Source: Octopus sinensis (Eukaryota). Taken from it: 13,281 nt of DNA. The position numbers and the translations under genes are program-made. Below are positions 9,329 through 13,281 of the stretch, piece by piece; positions within the stretch are counted from its first letter, which is position 1; each line of letters begins with the position of its first letter. The notes under the pieces were generated by a model. It was given only the letters and a program-made list of their open reading frames with translations, was not told where the DNA came from and did no database searches. Location of the stretch: assembly GCF_006345805.1 (NCBI RefSeq), contig NW_021826294.1, positions 1 to 13,281 of the forward strand, read 5' to 3'.

Positions 9329-9329
<1 letters not shown>
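7406..9329 (+). pseudogene. RTE ORF body: partial APE endonuclease plus reverse transcriptase, frameshifted
   Basis: ORFs 7410-7982, 8000-8830, 8769-9236 and 9022-9291 carry the APE motifs VLGDFNARVG, ILDYILV and TDHRLV. They also carry the RT motifs KSPGMD, LYKGKG..NYRRVSLLS, QSGFR, FVDLTKAFD, GAKQG..LAP.LF and LLYADN (degenerate YADD). The frame continues past a stop as HILNAFSDACTAL and then breaks off. Confidence 0.95.
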
Positions 9330-9363
<34 letters not shown>

Positions 9364-9437
9364 GTGTATGTTTATGTGTTTGTCCACCGATCTTGACAGT
9401 GTTGCTTTTGGAAGGCTAGAAATGCACCATCAATATA

Positions 9438-9489
<52 letters not shown>

Positions 9490-9712
9490 CACATACCTAT
9501 GTTCTTTTACTTGCTTCAGTCATTTTGACTGTGGCCATGCTGGAGCACCGCCTTTTGGTCGAAGATATCGACCCCTGGACTTATTCTTTGTAAGCTTGGT
9601 ACTTATTCTATCTGCTAATTACGGGGACGTAAACGCACCAACATCGGTTGTCAAGATCGGTGGACAAACACATAAACATACACACAAATATATATATATA
9701 TATATATACATA
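9329..9712. repeat. Exact local inverted duplication with arms 9329-9398 and 9649-9712
   Basis: TTTGTGTGTATGTTTATGTGTTTGTCCACCGATCTTGACA (9359-9398) is the exact reverse complement of 9649-9688. The match continues through the TA tract, which differs only in length. Confidence 0.95.
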
Positions 9713-10480
9713 TAAGAGGGATGACCACTAAGTGGACATCCATTATGCTAGAGGTAGACCCCATATGGTCTGACCACTAAAAAAAGATTGTTCTCAAGAA
9801 AATTTAGCAAACGCGAAAACGTAAGCGAGCAAGACAAATGAAAAGATACAAAATATAAAGATTAATCAAAATATAACCCCAAATGTAATTGGTAGAACTA
9901 TATGCATGTTCAATCTCATGCAGATATCCCGTGTATAGTTCTGCAAATTATATTTTACTATGACGATCACACTGATGAACTGCGGGCATTTACGTATATA
10001 ATTATGTAAGTGTTAACAATGAGATTGGGTTTGTGATTAATCTTTATATTTTGTATATTTTCATTTGTCTTGCTCGCTTACGTCCTGGCGTTTGCTGAAT
10101 TTTCTTGAGAACAATCTTTTCTTACTGGTGAGACCATATGGGGTCTACCTCTAGCATAATAGTTGTCCACTTAGTGGTCATCCCTCTTATATGTACGTAG
10201 TATAATTTTTCTGAATCTTCAGATTTTTCAATATGCTGGGCCACTAGTTTTAAATTGATATTCATCAAATTAATATTCAATTTTTCATCCTTATATTTAA
10301 ATTTATATATATATACGACGTGCTTCTTTTCAGTTTCTGTCAACCCAATGCACTCACGAGGTTTTGGTCGGCCCGAGGTTATAGTAGAAGACACTTGCGC
10401 AAGGTGCTACGCAGTGGGAATGAAACCCAAACCATATGGTTGGGAAGCAAGCTTCACACCTCACAACGACGCCTGCGCCT
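9503..10480 (-). mobile_element. tRNA-derived SINE (octopus-type), split into a tail (9503-~9690) and a head (~10308-10480)
   Basis: The minus-strand head has degenerate A-box-like and B-box-like (GGTTTCATTCCC) motifs. Head and tail match the fragments at 331-362 and 958-1087 and an abundant octopus SINE as I recall it. About 600 bp of foreign DNA interrupts its central TA tract. Confidence 0.8.
9707..10195. mobile_element. Fold-back element with ~162-bp inverted arms (9707-9868 and 10034-10195)
   Basis: By eye the arms align without gaps and with about 10 mismatches. The spacer is ~165 bp, there is no credible coding capacity, and it is inserted in the SINE's TA tract. Confidence 0.85.
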
Positions 10481-10483
10481 ACA

Positions 10484-11046
<563 letters not shown>

Positions 11047-11219
11047 TTGGACCCAATACTCCTCGACTGAGTCTTAGTTATGCCGTCGTGACATACAGCG
11101 TGTCCTGTACATGTTTAGACATGATGTGGCCCATCCCTCTTTCGGCTTGACCGTAGCCAATTTCTTCCTGGTGTAGAGTTATACAGACAGAGAACAAAAG
11201 CAAGAGAAGTTGAATTGAC

Positions 11220-11310
11220 TAGAGTACAGGACAAGTAATTTATTTATCGACCCAACAAGAAAAATGGAAAGTAGATATGTTGCAGATTTCAATTCAGAGC
11301 CTGATGAGAC
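11220..11310 (-). mobile_element. Possible highly diverged tRNA-SINE remnant of a second family
   Basis: TTATTTATCGACCC...GATTTCAATTCAGAGC resembles the reverse complement of a SINE B-box plus the GGGTCGATAAAT core seen in mollusc SINEs. This rests on recall only. Confidence 0.3.
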
Positions 11311-11629
11311 AGAAAGATTGTTATATTTGAAACTAAAAAAATTTTGTCAATGAGATTTATACATACATTCTTACTTACATACATACACATACATGTATGT
11401 ATGCATATACTTATATGTATGTGTGTGTGTGTATATGTATATATGCGTGTGTATGTGTCTGTGTTTGTATATATGAATGTGTGTGTGTACGTATGAGTGT
11501 GTTTATAATACAAATATACATTTGCTGTATGAAGTTTGATCCAGCCTGGGCTGTCCACACACTGTCTCGAATTTCAATCTTGTTTAGGCGCATGCAAAAC
11601 ACACATATATATCTATCTATGACATTTCT

Positions 11630-11772
11630 GTGCACCATCCCTATTGATCGTTTTTTTTTCGATCCCCTTGATCGAAAACCTACCTCTCCTTTTTTATTCT
11701 CCCCTAAAAGAAAAGCTCTACTTTGTAATTTGTCCCTTGTGTGTTCAGCCCTGTGTGGCTAATAAAGAAACA
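11630..11772 (+). mobile_element. Probable LINE 3'-UTR tail fragment
   Basis: A pyrimidine-rich tract followed by ...CAGCCCTGTGTGGCT-AATAAA-GAAACA, running immediately into a (TATC)n tract, the usual form of a retroposed tail. Confidence 0.4.
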
Positions 11773-11773
11773 T

Positions 11774-11782
11774 ATCTATCTA

Positions 11783-11877
<95 letters not shown>

Positions 11878-12005
11878 GTCTGTCTGTCTGTCTGCCTGTC
11901 TGTCTGTCTGTCTGTCTGTCTTTTGTCTGCCTGTCTATCTATATACATATACACACACGTATATATGTATTTGTATGTATATATATATATGTATATATAT
12001 ATATA
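11774..12005. repeat. (TATC)n/(TGTC)n/(TA)n compound microsatellite
   Basis: Read directly from the sequence. Confidence 0.95.
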
Positions 12006-12254
12006 TGTTTATCAAAATGTACACAGATAGCTTTTATCGAGGGAAGAGCATAAGATATATTCATTACTATAATTACTATTTATTTTTGCATTTATTTTAT
12101 ATCCGCTAGTTCTGTTCAATATTTTCCGGAAAGTAGTTTAATGACAACACTAATGAAATGGCTTTATACCAAATTATTTTAATCGTGATTACCAACAATT
12201 ACTAATGGAACAGTACGAAATGTTATGCCCAAATAGATGTCCGTATGTGGTGTG

Positions 12255-12258
12255 TATA

Positions 12259-12303
<45 letters not shown>

Positions 12304-12401
12304 ATAGAGAGAGAGAGAAGAGAGAGAGAGTGGAGGGGAAAGAAAAGAAGAGTGATGGAGAGGGGGAGAGAGAGAAGGAAAGAGAAAAGGAGATAGAAAG
12401 G
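12255..12401. repeat. (TA)n followed by a polypurine GA-rich tract
   Basis: Read directly from the sequence. Confidence 0.9.
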
Positions 12402-13281
12402 GATATTCACATATTCATACATACAAAAATCATGGAAACATATATAAATTTATATGATTTCATACCTGACATGCACACACACGCATGAAATGTGAGCGTG
12501 CATATATATTTGTTTCAGAGACTTTATGTGTATATACAGGCATTTGTAAATATATATATACATAGATCTGTTTATATGTGTATGTATATATACATCAAGG
12601 CAGTATTACAATTATATATTTATGCATTTCTCAATAGTATTGTAGTATTCATCATTTTGCTATATCTATCACACAAGATGCGATATTCTTACAATACATC
12701 TGTATGTCTAGCCGCATATATAATGTAATTTCAAGAATACCTTCCGTAGTATTGAGAGGAAACCATCTTCATAAAAATCAATAAGAAATGATTTCCCACT
12801 TAAATACGATGGCAATGATATGAAATGAAAGTTGATTTTAATTAACAGGGAGTGGCAACTCCCATGAACTTTGCGAACTAATAATATCGTTTTCTTGTTG
12901 TTGTTGTAGATTTTATTGCTGTTTAATCCCCATATCGGCCATACATTTATGTAGTTGCCTTTCTATCTACGTTGTATATCTATCTTTCCCCTTATTTTGT
13001 GAAAGTGGCTTTGTCTTAAAACTTCTAGGAGGATATATATATATATATAATTCTAAAATGAAATGAAATAAAATAAAGTAAAATGAATAAAACCGAATGG
13101 GATTTTTTAATTACGGTGTCTGAAACGTAAGAATGAGTATGATGGGAGAAGTGACCTTACACATTTAAAGAAAGTCCAACGTTTTGTATCTTTATGTACA
13201 GACTTTTCTTACTCGTAATTATTTGTGTGTGTGTGTGTGTGTGATTTCCATGTCAGTCATATACTGTGAAAAATGCTGTGT

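Larger units (their letters stand above)
6703..9329. mobile_element. RTE-clade non-LTR retrotransposon fossil, 5'-truncated, with an internal inversion
   Basis: APE endonuclease and RT on the + strand (7406-9329) are joined directly to the C-terminal region and short 3' UTR on the - strand (7412-6703). Confidence 0.9.

Noticed and set aside
11297-11352. CTGATGA-GACAG..TTGTT..GAAAC..GTC hammerhead-like spacing
   Set aside because: Six unpaired nucleotides precede GAAAC, stem II is weak and no stem I forms.
12848-12882. Hairpin GGGAGT-GGCA-ACTCCC with CTAAT 14 nt downstream (Helitron-end-like)
   Set aside because: A 6-bp stem with no other support could arise by chance.

Overview
AT-rich, microsatellite-dense eukaryotic DNA with no recognisable host gene. 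The SINE and LINE-tail remnants resemble octopus/cephalopod repeats as I recall them (inference, not a database result). Most ORFs in the track are microsatellite artefacts. The supportable content is a stack of dead or non-autonomous mobile elements. (1) A mariner fossil on the minus strand (1942-2646) that the ORF track misses, with a 5' TIR+TA and a broken transposase carrying an internal inverted duplication. (2) A minimal type I hammerhead ribozyme motif followed by AATAAA on the minus strand (5047-5136), in a Penelope-pLTR/retrozyme-like context. (3) A Helitron-like 3' end (6625-6655). (4) An RTE-clade LINE fossil (6703-9329) whose endonuclease-RT body and triple zinc-finger 3' end point in opposite directions, matching twin-priming geometry. 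(5) A tRNA-type SINE split by a fold-back element with ~160-bp arms (9707-10195), next to a second exact local inverted duplication. The recurring theme is local inverted duplication, with four cases in 13 kb. I see no firm evidence of a new protein-coding system. The best leads are the ribozyme-bearing element and the chain of inversions.
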